64,000 nt of DNA from Candidatus Bathyarchaeia archaeon (GCA_050012255.1 JBEKHN010000006.1:1-64000); one strand, 5' to 3'. Positions 49,061-60,229 are shown, counted from the first letter of the stretch. A program made the numbers and translations. The notes: generated by a model not told the origin, from the sequence alone.

Positions 49061-50047
49061 TTGGTCTCTTTGAGGGCTTTGGCCCCTTCTTTGACGCGGA
49101 TCACGGTGGCTGCTGCTGTCGGAGCGGCTTTGCACATCGGCCAAGGGAATGCCGATTTGGTGGATGCGAAGGCTGTCGAGTTTTCGAGAGCTGTGCTGGC
49201 TCAGACGGATGTTGAAGGAGAAGTGATTGCTTGTGAAGGGCCTAAGGACAATGCGCCTGCGTTCCTGCGCAGAGAACTTGTGGGAACCGGGAAGGGCCCG
49301 AAGGTTCAGTTCGTCATCGACCCAGTTGACGGCACAACAGCTGCCTCAAAGGGCAGAAAAGACGCGATCTCGGCTCTCGCGTGTGCACCAGCAGGATGCT
49401 TCCAAGTGCTTCCAGACGACGGATACTACTTCAAGGTGGCAACGGATCACCGTTCAATCGGAAAAATCTCGTTAGAAATGTCGGTGGACGACATTGTGCG
49501 CACGGTTGCCCGCGAAAAGGGCTTGCCCCTTGAGAACTTCACCGTCATAATGTTGGAACGCGACAGGCACACGGGGATTCTGCAAAGTCTGAGAAAGCTG
49601 GGCGTAAGGATAATTCTCATTCCCGACGGTGACATCGCAGGAGCGGTTGTCACGTGCCGACCAGGCTCAGGCATTGACCTTCTCGTCGGTGCAGGCGCAG
49701 GTCCAGAAGCGACCATTGCTGCAACAGCGATCAAGTGTCTGGGAGGCACGATGCTCGTCAAGGTTTGGAGAGACGAGAAAGATGATCAGAAACGGCTGGA
49801 AAGGTTGGCTACCGAAGGAGTAGACGTGGACAAGACTTATAGCGAAGACGAGCTTGCCAAGGGCAACGAACTTGTCTTTGCAGCCTCAGGCGTGACGAAG
49901 GGCGAACTCTTAGACGGCGTGCGTTTCATCCCAGAAGGCGCCGTGGTGAACTCCCTTTGCATGCGATTACCCAGCGGAACAGTGGAAAAGTCTGAAACGA
50001 CTTTGCGCTTCAAAGGACACCCCGTGTACAAGAAGTTCCTACCATGA
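49061..50047 (+). CDS. glpX: Fructose-1,6-bisphosphatase class II
   Basis: EGPKDNAP, IDPVDGT, DGDIAG, FAASGVTKG. Confidence 0.92.
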   Translation: MVSLRALAPSLTRITVAAAVGAALHIGQGNADLVDAKAVEFSRAVLAQTDVEGEVIACEGPKDNAPAFLRRELVGTGKGPKVQFVIDPVDGTTAASKGRKDAISALACAPAGCFQVLPDDGYYFKVATDHRSIGKISLEMSVDDIVRTVAREKGLPLENFTVIMLERDRHTGILQSLRKLGVRIILIPDGDIAGAVVTCRPGSGIDLLVGAGAGPEATIAATAIKCLGGTMLVKVWRDEKDDQKRLERLATEGVDVDKTYSEDELAKGNELVFAASGVTKGELLDGVRFIPEGAVVNSLCMRLPSGTVEKSETTLRFKGHPVYKKFLP

Positions 50048-50465
50048 TCCTGTGGCGAAAGAGTTTGAAAGTGGAAATGCTGGGAAAGTGTACGCGGTTC
50101 GAAGCCCAATCTGGCTTTGATGAGGAGTTGGGAAAGTGACTGGAAAGACGACCACTTTGCCTTGCGGATGCAAGTATCAAGACGACGGATACATGGTTGT
50201 TCGTGTCCATGAATGCGCTTACCACATGCAGAGACGAACAAGAAAGCGACCGTACCGGCCTAAGGCTGAGTGCGTAAGGCCCTAAACGCTCGCCAAAACA
50301 AGTCTTTACCCAAACTGGTGAAGCCAAATCTATGGCAAATCTGATTTCAGTGTCGAGCGCGCCGATAGCTGGCTATGGCAACAAAGTCTTGGATAAAATC
50401 AGAAGAAAGTGGAAGTTATTGTTGCAAGCGGTTGATTTCCAAGCTTTACGGAGTGCCTGAACGAG

Positions 50466-51122
50466 ATGGTTAACAGTAGGATGATTGTGTTTGCTCCCCA
50501 CCCAGACGATGAAACGTTGGCCTGCGGCGGAACCATGCTTAGAAAAATCCAAGAAGGGTTTGATGTCCACGTCGTTGTCATGACGGATGGGCGCCATTCT
50601 CATGATGTCACGCTTGGCCTCGCGGAGCCTTCGCCTGAAACAATAGCGGAAATACGTGCGACAGAGTTTAGCGAAGCCACCCGTGTCTTGGGAGTCAATC
50701 TTAGTAATCTGCTTCTCCTGGGGTTTGAGGATGGCAAGCTAAGGGAGCAAATGAGTGAAGCAAGAGAAAGGACTGTTCGGATTCTTCGCGAGGTGCGTCC
50801 AGTCGAGATATACGTGCCTTACAGAGACGACGCCAATGAAGATCACCGGACAACTTACGAAATCGTTGCTGGCAGTGTCAGGGAAGCTGATCTGCTCCCT
50901 AAAATGTACGAATACTCCGTATGGAATGGAAAGATCCCTCGCCCAGGATTGAAAGTGTTTGTGATGGATATTCACGGGGAATTGGGAAGAAAAATGGAAG
51001 CCATCTCCAAATACAAGAGTCAGATCTCAACGTGTTTTCCAAAGCAGGAAAAAGCAGTCCTAAGCGAAGAGTTCGTAAACATGTTCCGTTCTGAAAGTGA
51101 AGTATTCTACACAAAACAATAA
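50466..51122 (+). CDS. PIG-L/LmbE family deacetylase
   Basis: APHPDDE, MTDG, DH, YKSQ. Confidence 0.9.
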   Translation: MVNSRMIVFAPHPDDETLACGGTMLRKIQEGFDVHVVVMTDGRHSHDVTLGLAEPSPETIAEIRATEFSEATRVLGVNLSNLLLLGFEDGKLREQMSEARERTVRILREVRPVEIYVPYRDDANEDHRTTYEIVAGSVREADLLPKMYEYSVWNGKIPRPGLKVFVMDIHGELGRKMEAISKYKSQISTCFPKQEKAVLSEEFVNMFRSESEVFYTKQ

Positions 51123-51361
51123 CCAAGACCCATAACGTGCTTGTCTTGCACGCGCGCTGTTCTGGAGCTTCCTTCGTTGCTTATTCCGCCCCCGTCTATG
51201 ATAGTGACGTTGTTGGCAGTGGTGGTCCGCAGAAGAAAACGCATGTTCTAGTACCCTCTGCATAAGAGAAACTTGAAGCACCAGACTCCTGACATAGAAA
51301 GTGCCTCTGCATGACTTTGGCACAGAATGTCTTAAGAATGATCCCCCTGCTTGATATGTGC

Positions 51362-51994
51362 ATGACAAAGCTGTATTTTCTCGGCGGGGAAGATGTGGCA
51401 GAAAGAGACTCTAGAGAAATCAATGAAAAAGCGTTTATGGAAGCTGGTGGGACACCTGTTGTTCTGATTTTCAATTGGACAGCAGAATCGGCTGACAAAA
51501 TGGGAAAATACGGGAAGATAATGGTTGATTACTTTGAAGACATTGGTGCAAGCGCTGTCGAATTTGCAGAACGTTCAGATTCGTCGGAAGAAATTGCTCA
51601 GAAGGCTAAGCGTTCAGATTTGATATACCTGCCCGGCGGAGTCACGAGAATTCTGCTTGAACGTATACTAGATGCAAAAGTCGACAGCTTGTTGCGAGAA
51701 TACGACAAAATCATCGTTGGAAACAGTGCAGGTGCCCTAGCGCTTGGCAGAGACTGCATACTCACCAGAGGTAAACTCAACAAGAGAACCGTGATAATTC
51801 CAGGCCTCGGTCTGGTGGACTTCAGTGTTAAAGTTCACTACAAAGCTTCAAGGGACCGCGAATTGAAACAGCTTTCATACGCAAGAACAATATACGCCAT
51901 CCCCGAGCGCTGTGCACTCATTTATGACGGCGGCTCTGTATCCGGCATTGGGGACATCTACCTGTTTCAAAACGGAGAGAAGACCAAGCAGTGA
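51362..51994 (+). CDS. Peptidase S51 (dipeptidase E/cyanophycinase-like)
   Basis: IYLPGG, GNSAGA, GLGLV, VHY. Confidence 0.88.
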   Translation: MTKLYFLGGEDVAERDSREINEKAFMEAGGTPVVLIFNWTAESADKMGKYGKIMVDYFEDIGASAVEFAERSDSSEEIAQKAKRSDLIYLPGGVTRILLERILDAKVDSLLREYDKIIVGNSAGALALGRDCILTRGKLNKRTVIIPGLGLVDFSVKVHYKASRDRELKQLSYARTIYAIPERCALIYDGGSVSGIGDIYLFQNGEKTKQ

Positions 51995-52125
51995 ATGGAA
52001 ACATTTGCTCAGAGTCTAAGCTTCTCTGAACTTGTTGAAGCCTATTATTTCTTTGATGGTCTTCCTTTTTCTGGTCGTCAGGCAACGGCGAAAATCCTCC
52101 TTCTTGCTGCTGGATGCAGTACCGC

Positions 52126-53091
52126 TCAGAGCAAAAACTTGCTTACCAACAACACGATAGAGATTATGCTGTAAGTCTGTGTGATCATCATTATCCACTG
52201 AGGATTGTGTGCAGACAGACGCACGATGTTTGCCTCAGTGCTACTGCTCTTCGATACCATGAATTCTTTGGAAAGCGAGTAGAGCTTCCTGAACTCTGTC
52301 AACACAACAGATCCGGCAACTGGTATAGCAACTAAGAGAACAGCCAAGAATAAGTGTTGAGCGTAAGCGAATTGCAGAAGGAATGCAAGCGCAGTGAGCG
52401 CTGCTCCTGCAGTTAGAAGTGCCATGGCGATCAGTGATGCTTTAACGAGACCCACGTGCACCGTCAATGTTTCGATGCCCATTGCTTTGTCTCCGAAGTA
52501 GTCTCGGATTTCAGTCGGTACGATCACGCCGTACACTGTCAGAGCGAGCCCTGTGAGCGACATGAGAAAGAAGGGGTTCATTTCCGTTGTGAAGGTGTAG
52601 TAGGCGAATAGCACCGGGAAAAAGGCGAGTACGAGAATTAACGAGATCGGAGCTAGCCAATTTCTGGATTTCAGTCTTATTGGCGGAAGAGAGTAGGCAC
52701 AGCCCAGACAGATTCCGACTATCCACAGAAGTAGCAAAACAGGCTTCTGCAGAATCAGCATGAACAGAAAGACCAGAATCAGCGTAAGAGCAAATTCGAT
52801 GATAAGCGCCTTTTTCAGTCTGTCTGCTCCAAAAAAATTCATTGCTTCCACAAGCTGTTTCTTGCGCTCATCCTTTGAATCTAATTCACGGTCCGAGAGA
52901 GTGTTGGCTTGTGCACCAATAGCAGAGCTTAGATTGATTATTGCAAAGGACAAAACTATCATAACCACCAAGCCACTAACACTTGTAGACAGTGTTGCTC
53001 CCCAAGCAAGTCCCATAATGAGCGAACCCAAATTCGGCAGCAGAAACTCTGCTCTGGAAACAGTACCGAACAATCGTACGGTTTCGAACAT
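52126..53091 (-). CDS. UbiA prenyltransferase family
   Basis: NTLSDRELD, YSLPPIRLK, EIRDYFGDKAMG; ATG 53091 preferred. Confidence 0.88.
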   Translation of the reverse strand: MFETVRLFGTVSRAEFLLPNLGSLIMGLAWGATLSTSVSGLVVMIVLSFAIINLSSAIGAQANTLSDRELDSKDERKKQLVEAMNFFGADRLKKALIIEFALTLILVFLFMLILQKPVLLLLWIVGICLGCAYSLPPIRLKSRNWLAPISLILVLAFFPVLFAYYTFTTEMNPFFLMSLTGLALTVYGVIVPTEIRDYFGDKAMGIETLTVHVGLVKASLIAMALLTAGAALTALAFLLQFAYAQHLFLAVLLVAIPVAGSVVLTEFRKLYSLSKEFMVSKSSSTEANIVRLSAHNPQWIMMITQTYSIISIVLLVSKFLL

Positions 53092-53308
53092 GGCATTGCC
53101 AAGAGGGCTATAAGATCTAGGAGAATAAAAAGCGCATGCTAAAAGTAACACTATTTGTAATGGTAAAAGGTAATTAGGTGAACCTTCTGGCCGAACTCGC
53201 GTACGCATTAGGTTCGAAATTTCGAAGTTTTGTGGAAGGCAGAGTTTCTTGAGAAGTGAATGCGAAATCGTTAAAACCCCGTGTTACAAATTCAACTGAG
53301 GGGTTCTT

Positions 53309-54541
53309 ATGATTAACAATCGAAGGTACCTGTTCACTTCGGAGTCTGTGGCAGAAGGTCATCCAGACAAGGTCGCCGACCAGATATCAGATGCTGTCCT
53401 TGATGCTGTCTTAAGCAAGGATCCTAAAGCAAGAGTTGACTGTGAAACACTGGTGATGCAAGGAAACGTGATAGTCACTGGTCAGATCACGACGTCTTGC
53501 TACGTGGACATTCCCTGCATTACTAGAAAAACTCTGAAGGAAATAGGCTTGGATAACGCCAAAGATGGAATGGACTGGGAGACCTGTGGCGTGTTGGTTT
53601 CGATAACCGAGCAGTCCCCAGATATTGCCATGGGAGTCAACGAGTCCGAGGCTCATGAACAGGGAGCTGGAGACCAAGGAATGGTGTTCGGCTATGCCAC
53701 AAACGAGACGAAGGAATTGATGCCTTTGCCGATCATGTTTGCGCACAACCTTGTGAGACGACTTTCCGAGTGCAGAAAGAACAGAATTTTGCCATACCTG
53801 AGGCCAGATGGCAAGTCACAAGTCACGGTTGAGTATGCTGGTGGAAAACCAAAAAGAGTGGAGGCCGTTGTGATAGCTGCTCAACACGTTGAGAGCGTTA
53901 ACAGAGAGAAGATGAAGGAAGACGTGATAAATCAAGTCATAAGAAAGGTCATACCTTCCGGCATGTTGGACAAGGAAACAAAATACTACGTTAATGAGAC
54001 TGGAAGGTTCGTTGTCGGAGGAACTCTAGCAGATTCAGGTTTAACCGGAAGAAAAATAATAGTCGACACCTACGGAGGCGTCGGCAGCCACGGTGGAGGA
54101 TGCTTTTCAGGAAAAGACCCATCAAAAGTCGATAGATCTGGCTGTTACATGGCAAGGTACATTGCAAAAAACGTCGTAGCAGCAGGTCTGGCAGACCAGT
54201 GCGAGGTCCAGATATCTTATGCAATTGGCCTCGCACAGCCAGTTTCTGTGATGGTAAACACGTTTGGCACAGGAAAGATACCTGACGAAAGAATTCTCGA
54301 ATTAGTGCGAACACATTTCGACTTAAGACCCAAAGCAATAATAAATCATCTGAATTTGCTCAGACCAATATACAGAAAAACGGCTGTGTTTGGGCACTTT
54401 GGCAGAGACGACCCAGACTTCACATGGGAAAAAACCGACAAAGCAGAGATTCTCAAGAAGCACGCCAGATTACCACGACCAGCTCAGAACTGTAGTAAGA
54501 GACAGGAACCAAGGCGTGGTTTTCATGAATCTTCAGGATAG
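53309..54541 (+). CDS. metK: S-adenosylmethionine synthetase, bacterial/eukaryotic type
   Basis: [49 protein letters not shown]. Confidence 0.96.
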   Translation: MINNRRYLFTSESVAEGHPDKVADQISDAVLDAVLSKDPKARVDCETLVMQGNVIVTGQITTSCYVDIPCITRKTLKEIGLDNAKDGMDWETCGVLVSITEQSPDIAMGVNESEAHEQGAGDQGMVFGYATNETKELMPLPIMFAHNLVRRLSECRKNRILPYLRPDGKSQVTVEYAGGKPKRVEAVVIAAQHVESVNREKMKEDVINQVIRKVIPSGMLDKETKYYVNETGRFVVGGTLADSGLTGRKIIVDTYGGVGSHGGGCFSGKDPSKVDRSGCYMARYIAKNVVAAGLADQCEVQISYAIGLAQPVSVMVNTFGTGKIPDERILELVRTHFDLRPKAIINHLNLLRPIYRKTAVFGHFGRDDPDFTWEKTDKAEILKKHARLPRPAQNCSKRQEPRRGFHESSG

Positions 54542-55262
54542 GCTCGTAATTGTCACTGGTGCTTCTTCAGGGATAGGTCTGGCGACAGCTAGACTTCTCG
54601 CTAAACAGGGCGCGAAACTGGCTCTCGTCTCCCGTTCAAAAGGGGAGTTGGAGCAGCTCTCAGATGATCTTCCAGGCTCGTTAGCGGTTCCCGCCGACAT
54701 GACGAGAATCTATGATATCGAGAGCATGATTAGACGGACGATGGAGCACTTCGGGAGAATCGACGTTCTAATGAACTGTGCAGGTCAGGGATATGACGCT
54801 CCAGTTGAGAAGACTAACATTGACACTTTCCATCACATCTTCGACTTGGACGTGGTGGGCCCGGTTGTCGCGATGGAGCTGGTGATTCCTATCATGAGGA
54901 ACCAGGGCGGAGGAACGATTGTCAACGTTAGCTCTGGCACTGCCCTGATGTATTTGCCGTACAACGGTGCATATTCGGCCTTAAAACGCGCGCTTGCTAA
55001 TATCAGTTTGACTGCAAGGGAGGAGTTGAAGAAGGACAACATTGTTGTCAGTGTCGTGTACCCGTACATGACGCTCACGAATTTCGAGAAGAACACGATT
55101 AAAGATGCTGTTCCCGAGGGAGGGGAGCAGGATGGTGGCCCTCCTTTTCCAGCTGACACGGCAGAGTATGTGGCTCAGAAGATACTGGAAGGAATAGAAA
55201 GCGGAGAAGCAGAAATCTTCGCCCACGATTGGATGAAGAAAAGAGCCGACGCAAACCCCTAA
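54525..55262 (+). CDS. Short-chain dehydrogenase/reductase
   Basis: [17 protein letters not shown]. Confidence 0.92.
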   Translation: MNLQDRLVIVTGASSGIGLATARLLAKQGAKLALVSRSKGELEQLSDDLPGSLAVPADMTRIYDIESMIRRTMEHFGRIDVLMNCAGQGYDAPVEKTNIDTFHHIFDLDVVGPVVAMELVIPIMRNQGGGTIVNVSSGTALMYLPYNGAYSALKRALANISLTAREELKKDNIVVSVVYPYMTLTNFEKNTIKDAVPEGGEQDGGPPFPADTAEYVAQKILEGIESGEAEIFAHDWMKKRADANP

Positions 55263-55425
55263 CCTCGCTACTTCGACGCTTTTAGATATTCTGAGAAACC
55301 CCTGCTAGTGGATCAATTTGAACAAGCGTTAATCAGTAAGATGCTGCAGCTTCAGCGCAGGCTAGACTTATATGCGAAAATTCATCTAGAGGAAAATCAC
55401 AGGCGCAAGTGGTTCAAGTTGGGAG

Positions 55426-56154
55426 ATGATGGTTATGGCTGATGTCTTGAAAATCATTCAGCAGAGACGGTCAATCAGGGTTCCTTTTAATCCGAATCGT
55501 CCAGTTTCCAAGGAGAACCTGAGGCAGATCCTCGAGGCGACGCGTTGGGCGCCGACGGCTCACAACATGCAGAACTTCGAAATTCTTGTCGTTGATGACA
55601 AGGAGGTTCTGGAGGAGATTGGAAAAATCAAATCCCGTGTGTCGGAAGCGTTCATCCGTGAGAACTACCAGCAGCTGTCATTCTCGGAAGAGGAGTTGCT
55701 TCAGAAGAAGGTCGGAATCCTCGGCACCAATTTTCCGCCGGATTGGAGGGATCCTGACAAGCTGGACAAGGCTGTTCGTGAGAGCACGCCTTCGCCCCTG
55801 AACCAACGCATCAGAGGTAGTCCGCTGCTGCTGATAGTGATTTATGATTCTAGGAAGAAAGCGCCTGCTTCCGAGGGGGATGTTTTGGGTTTCATTAGCC
55901 TGGGCTGTGTGATGGAGAACATGTGGCTTATGGCCCAGTCGCTTGGGATAAGCGTTCACATATTGAGTGTGTTCAGCGGAGATGCCGTGGAAAAAGAGGT
56001 GAAGCGAATTCTCAACATCCCTGAAAACATGAAGGTTGCTTTTGCCATCCGTCTGGGATACCCCGTCTCCAGGCCGGCTAAACACCTGAGAGTGCGCCGT
56101 GACATGGAAATGCTCACGCATCATAATGGGTTTGGGAACAAGGGCTTCAGTTGA
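55426..56154 (+). CDS. Nitroreductase family protein
   Basis: RRSIR, WAPTAHNMQ, ENMWLMAQSLG, RLGYP. Confidence 0.92.
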   Translation: MMVMADVLKIIQQRRSIRVPFNPNRPVSKENLRQILEATRWAPTAHNMQNFEILVVDDKEVLEEIGKIKSRVSEAFIRENYQQLSFSEEELLQKKVGILGTNFPPDWRDPDKLDKAVRESTPSPLNQRIRGSPLLLIVIYDSRKKAPASEGDVLGFISLGCVMENMWLMAQSLGISVHILSVFSGDAVEKEVKRILNIPENMKVAFAIRLGYPVSRPAKHLRVRRDMEMLTHHNGFGNKGFS

Positions 56155-56182
56155 GAAAACCTTGTCTTGTTTTCGCGCGCGC

Positions 56183-56227
56183 TGGTGGACCGGTGGGGAC
56201 TTGAACCCCAGACCTCCTGAGTGCAAG
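56183..56227 (-). repeat. att site: 3' half of tRNA-Ala(TGC)
   Basis: Reverse complement CTTGCACTCAGGAGGTCTGGGGTTCAAGTCCCCACCGGTCCACCA; 5' half absent. Confidence 0.85.
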
Positions 56228-57076
56228 ATGATTAATGATGCAATATGGGAAAACTTTGGTACTTGGCTATTGAAAACACACAAACAAAGGAATGCAAAAG
56301 AAGCTCTAAGAAATGCTAAGAAGTATGCTGCAATCCTGGAAAAACCCAGCATGGCTTCACAGCTTCTAATGTTAAACAAAGACCTTAGAAGAGTAGCAAT
56401 GAGTTCACTGAGCAATCTATCCAAGTATTTAGGAGTCTATGATCAATGGAAACAGACAATAAGAAATTATGGCTTGAAATGGGAAAACACAACCAGTCTA
56501 GAAACATTTCTCAGCATTCTAAACAGCAATCTGGAAGAGACAGAAATCTGGCTTAGACAAGTCATTAAGAAGCTACCGAGTGACTACTCTACAATTTTGG
56601 TATTTGATGTCTTAACTGGATTGAGACCCAGTGAAGCAGCAATGTCATGCAAACTGATAACAGACCTTTCAAACATGAACAAGCTGGACTCGTATCTGGA
56701 TGGAGATCTAATGATGTTACAGCATTTCAGATTTCCAGACTTGTTCCTAAGGAAATCAAAGAATGCATACATATCATTCATAACCCCAGAACTGCTTCAG
56801 CTTGTTCTGAGAACAAAACCAAGTATCAAATATTCAGCAATAGACACAATGATTGGCAGACAGGGTTTCAATACCAGAACAAAGCAGTTGAGAAAACTCT
56901 ATGCAACCAGGCTGAGAAACGATTTGCCTCAAGAGCTCGTTGATTTATTGCAGGGAAGAATAAGCCAAACGATATTTATGAAATTCTACTATAAGCCTCT
57001 ACTAAGAGACATCCAACAGAAAACAATCAAAGCACTGCAACCTCTACAAATGGAACTCCTGTCTCAAATACAGTGA
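56183..57076 (+). CDS. SSV1/pTN3-type tyrosine integrase, C-terminal fragment int(C)
   Basis: Frame runs through the att (WWTGGDLNPRPPECK); TGLRPSEA, KNAYISF, LRKLYAT, LQGR, YY. Confidence 0.88.
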   Translation, partial: WWTGGDLNPRPPECKMINDAIWENFGTWLLKTHKQRNAKEALRNAKKYAAILEKPSMASQLLMLNKDLRRVAMSSLSNLSKYLGVYDQWKQTIRNYGLKWENTTSLETFLSILNSNLEETEIWLRQVIKKLPSDYSTILVFDVLTGLRPSEAAMSCKLITDLSNMNKLDSYLDGDLMMLQHFRFPDLFLRKSKNAYISFITPELLQLVLRTKPSIKYSAIDTMIGRQGFNTRTKQLRKLYATRLRNDLPQELVDLLQGRISQTIFMKFYYKPLLRDIQQKTIKALQPLQMELLSQIQ

Positions 57077-57279
57077 GTCCTAGAAACCATGCTCATAAGA
57101 GACTACTGAAGCCCATCATCCAGCAGAACTCAGAGACAGAACACTCAAAGCAATATCAGAGCTAGAACAAACACTAAACTAAGTGTTGAAACAAACCGAA
57201 ACACTTCTCCCTCTTTTCCATGTATACAGAACTACGGTGAAAAACTTCTAGAGGGTCTTTGAAATCTTTGAAGGAAGCT

Positions 57280-57813
57280 TTAGGCTTTTGATTGTTGAAG
57301 CTGTTGTTCTCTTTTCTTCAGTTCGTTGTATAGATATTCAAACTGCTGTAGTGACCTTGGAGACTGGAACTGTTTTCTATATCCGTCTACTACCAGCTTG
57401 ATTTTTTCCCATAGAGGTATAGCTATATAGCCAAAGAGGTCGTCAACTAATCCGAGGTCTATGAGCTTTCTATTCAGAAGCACGCCTATTTGTTCGAACA
57501 TCACGTTGACTATGCTCATACCGATAATTTCTGGTGAATCAACAAACCCCGTAGTAGTAGAATAATACTTTTTCACGAATTCATCATAGTCCTTGAAATC
57601 CAAGTTGAACGTTCTTGTCAAGGCTTTCCAGAATTCTTCACTACCAAAAGTTGAGTAAATTCTCATAAGAAGGTCTGCTTGCCTTGTCTCAATTTCTGCT
57701 TGTCTCGTCTTACTCTGATGTCTTATCTCCAGAACGTAGTAGACAACCCCAACTAACACACCTGCTGCTGCCACCATTGCAGAAATCTCGGTTATGTCAA
57801 CCATTCTTAACAC
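57280..57813 (-). CDS. DUF4760-like N-anchored membrane protein, copy 1
   Basis: SAMVAAAGVLVGVVYY...FEQIGVL...FEYLYNELKKR. Confidence 0.75.
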   Translation of the reverse strand: MLRMVDITEISAMVAAAGVLVGVVYYVLEIRHQSKTRQAEIETRQADLLMRIYSTFGSEEFWKALTRTFNLDFKDYDEFVKKYYSTTTGFVDSPEIIGMSIVNVMFEQIGVLLNRKLIDLGLVDDLFGYIAIPLWEKIKLVVDGYRKQFQSPRSLQQFEYLYNELKKREQQLQQSKA

Positions 57814-58373
57814 CTAGAAGACTCGTCAGGAGAATTAGAATCTAAGACTGCTGGGAGAATTGCTTTCGCCCAAGTTTTCCTTAGTTGTGGTTCTTTTCTC
57901 AGAAGCTCATTATGGAGATACTCGAATCCCGCCCCTAACACTGGTTCATTGAGTTCTCTTCTAAATCCCACTGTCAGTGGCTTGGTCTTTTCATAGATTT
58001 CCTTAATCGCTGAAACTCCAAAGACATCGTAGGTCAAGCCTAGGTCAATGTGTTTTCTGTAGAGAAGAGTGCCAACCAATTCAAAGAATCCACAAACAGT
58101 AGAGATTGCCTTGTTAATTTCTAGCCTTGCTTCGGAATGTCGTGGATAATTCTTTAGGAAGTCCTCGTAGTCTTTGAATTGCAGCCTCATGATTTTCGAG
58201 AATGCATCTTGAAATTCGTTGCTATGCAACCTTGAATACAGTCTTATGAGTAGGTCTGTCTGCTTCTGCTCGTGAAGATGCCTAAGCTCCAAAACAGTCA
58301 AGGCAACACCTATCAACACACCTATTGCTGCAACAATAGCTGAAATAGAAGGTATGTCCAACATCCTTGTCAC
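57807..58373 (-). CDS. DUF4760-like protein, copy 2
   Basis: SAIVAAIGV...FELVGTL...FEYLHNEL. Confidence 0.75.
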   Translation of the reverse strand: MTRMLDIPSISAIVAAIGVLIGVALTVLELRHLHEQKQTDLLIRLYSRLHSNEFQDAFSKIMRLQFKDYEDFLKNYPRHSEARLEINKAISTVCGFFELVGTLLYRKHIDLGLTYDVFGVSAIKEIYEKTKPLTVGFRRELNEPVLGAGFEYLHNELLRKEPQLRKTWAKAILPAVLDSNSPDESSRC

Positions 58374-58493
58374 CCAGAAGACAAGATTAGGTGAGATCAG
58401 TATTAAAGACTACATCATAAACCATGAAAAGAACATCAAATAGAAAAGAAGCCCAATAGTAGCTTATTATGTTAATAACAGACAGAATATTGT

Positions 58494-59036
58494 TTACTTC
58501 TTTTCAGTCCTTGTCAGTATCTTTGGTTCTTTCCACTCTTCCCTGAGGATGCTGTAGACAAAGGAATCTCTCCATTCTCCTCTCGTGAAGAAGTTTCTAC
58601 GATGTGTTCCTTCCTTCTTGAAACCAACTTTCTCTAAGACCTTCTGAGAGGCTACATTTCTAGGGTCTGTCTGAGCTTGAACACGGCCTATGTCTTTGGA
58701 GAGAAACAAGTAATCCACCATAATTTTGACAGCTTCAGAGCAGTAGCCTTTCCCCCTCTCGTTTGGCACCAAACTGTAGCCGATTTCTAGTTGCCTACCT
58801 GCAATGTGTAGGACGTAGAAATGGGCTATGAAACCAATTTTGCTTCCATCTTTCTTCTCTATTATGAATGGTTTCAGCTCGTTAGGGTTCTCGAGCATCT
58901 TTTCTATATCTGTTCTGGACCCCTGATGCAAGGGATTGTATTCACCGAAGACCTCAGGCTTGTTGAACCATTCTGCAAATAATGGCAGATCCTCTTTCTC
59001 TATAGTTCTCAGATTTACATTCTTACCTTCAAGCAA
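58494..59036 (-). CDS. RimJ/RimL-type GNAT, copy 1
   Basis: EIGY...ERGKGY...NVASQKVLEKVGF..EG. Confidence 0.9.
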   Translation of the reverse strand: MLEGKNVNLRTIEKEDLPLFAEWFNKPEVFGEYNPLHQGSRTDIEKMLENPNELKPFIIEKKDGSKIGFIAHFYVLHIAGRQLEIGYSLVPNERGKGYCSEAVKIMVDYLFLSKDIGRVQAQTDPRNVASQKVLEKVGFKKEGTHRRNFFTRGEWRDSFVYSILREEWKEPKILTRTEKK

Positions 59037-59347
59037 CCTCTTTCACCTTTGATTCTTGTCTTCTTGTTTCAGTTCTTATGACTTGTGGAAACATCCATGA
59101 ACGAAACACTGGCAGCGCCAAATAGCTCTATCCATGAGAACCAATCTCAGATTCCTTCTCACAAGGACTAGGCATGGATTCAATATCTCTACTATTATTT
59201 CAACGATGCTAAGAGACCTATCATTAGAGTGCCTGGTAGGCCAAAGGTAAAATACTATGCATTTTCGAAGTCACAAACTTCTAGGGAGTCCCTGAAAAGG
59301 AAAGTTCACAGAGAAAGAAAAGGAAGGAAGCTATTTTCATCAAGCTG

Positions 59348-60013
59348 TTATTTTAGCTCAAATGTATGGATAGCATCGAGTTTTGGATATTTTTTGAATA
59401 AGTGAGCGTTCACTAACTCTATGGAATTAACAGCTATTTTTCCAAACTCTGTGTCCCTCAGCTTTTCTAGGTGACTAATTAGTCTGGTGAAATCCTTATT
59501 CTTCTGAAAATGCATTATGCTGATGTGAGGCAAGAAAGGATAGTCAAATTTCCTCTCTATCATCTCGTGTATTGTTTGTAGTCTTCCAAATATTTCTTCG
59601 ATTTTGCCTCCATCATGAACCTCCACGAAGACAACATCAGGGAAAATGTTGAGTTTAGAAAGGAAAACGTCAAATCTGCTAAATGGTTGTAAGACTTCTT
59701 TCGCTTGATTGATTATTCTTTGCAGGTTCTCAATCAAAATATCGTCTTCATATTTCTCTGATTTTGCTAGGAATCCAAGTCCCATTACGGATATGTGAAA
59801 ATAGTCTTTTGGGAATGGGGCTACACAAGAAATAGTGGATAGCCTATTCTGAATTTCAACTATCTTCTCAATCAGTTCTTCATTTCTGATTCTTACATGA
59901 AAAGTCAGATATTGACTTCTTCCTTTGGTCCAATCATTGTCAATCCAATATTTCTTTACATTCAATTGGATATTCTTTCTTCTTTCCCAAACATCCCTGA
60001 ATCTGTTGTTCAT
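59348..60013 (-). CDS. 2H phosphoesterase (2'-5' RNA ligase family)
   Basis: Two HxS motifs: FHISV and PHISI. Confidence 0.85.
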   Translation of the reverse strand: MNNRFRDVWERRKNIQLNVKKYWIDNDWTKGRSQYLTFHVRIRNEELIEKIVEIQNRLSTISCVAPFPKDYFHISVMGLGFLAKSEKYEDDILIENLQRIINQAKEVLQPFSRFDVFLSKLNIFPDVVFVEVHDGGKIEEIFGRLQTIHEMIERKFDYPFLPHISIMHFQKNKDFTRLISHLEKLRDTEFGKIAVNSIELVNAHLFKKYPKLDAIHTFELK

Positions 60014-60229
60014 ATACTGAATTGATAATCCTTTTCGCCTAAAGTCTTTTTGAACTATGCAGTTCAGTTAGTGCACACTACAGCACATCAAAAACACTCA
60101 AACAACCAGAACAGTCATTCAACACTATCGCAACAATTCGACAAAACAAAATTAATCTATCCTTATGCACACACTTTCTGAACTACGATGAAAAACTTCT
60201 ACAGACCCTCTGAAATCTTTGGAGAAATG

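Noticed and set aside
56099-56182. N-terminal extension of the integrase ORF
   Set aside because: Lies on the host side of the att and overlaps the nitroreductase; the true N-terminus should be at the far end of the element
56183-56227. Complete tRNA-Ala gene
   Set aside because: Only the anticodon loop to CCA is present; the 5' half is replaced by integrase coding sequence, so it is an att remnant
55678-56424. 248-aa minus-strand ORF and similar antisense ORFs throughout the track
   Set aside because: Shadows of well-supported genes on the opposite strand; no recognisable motifs
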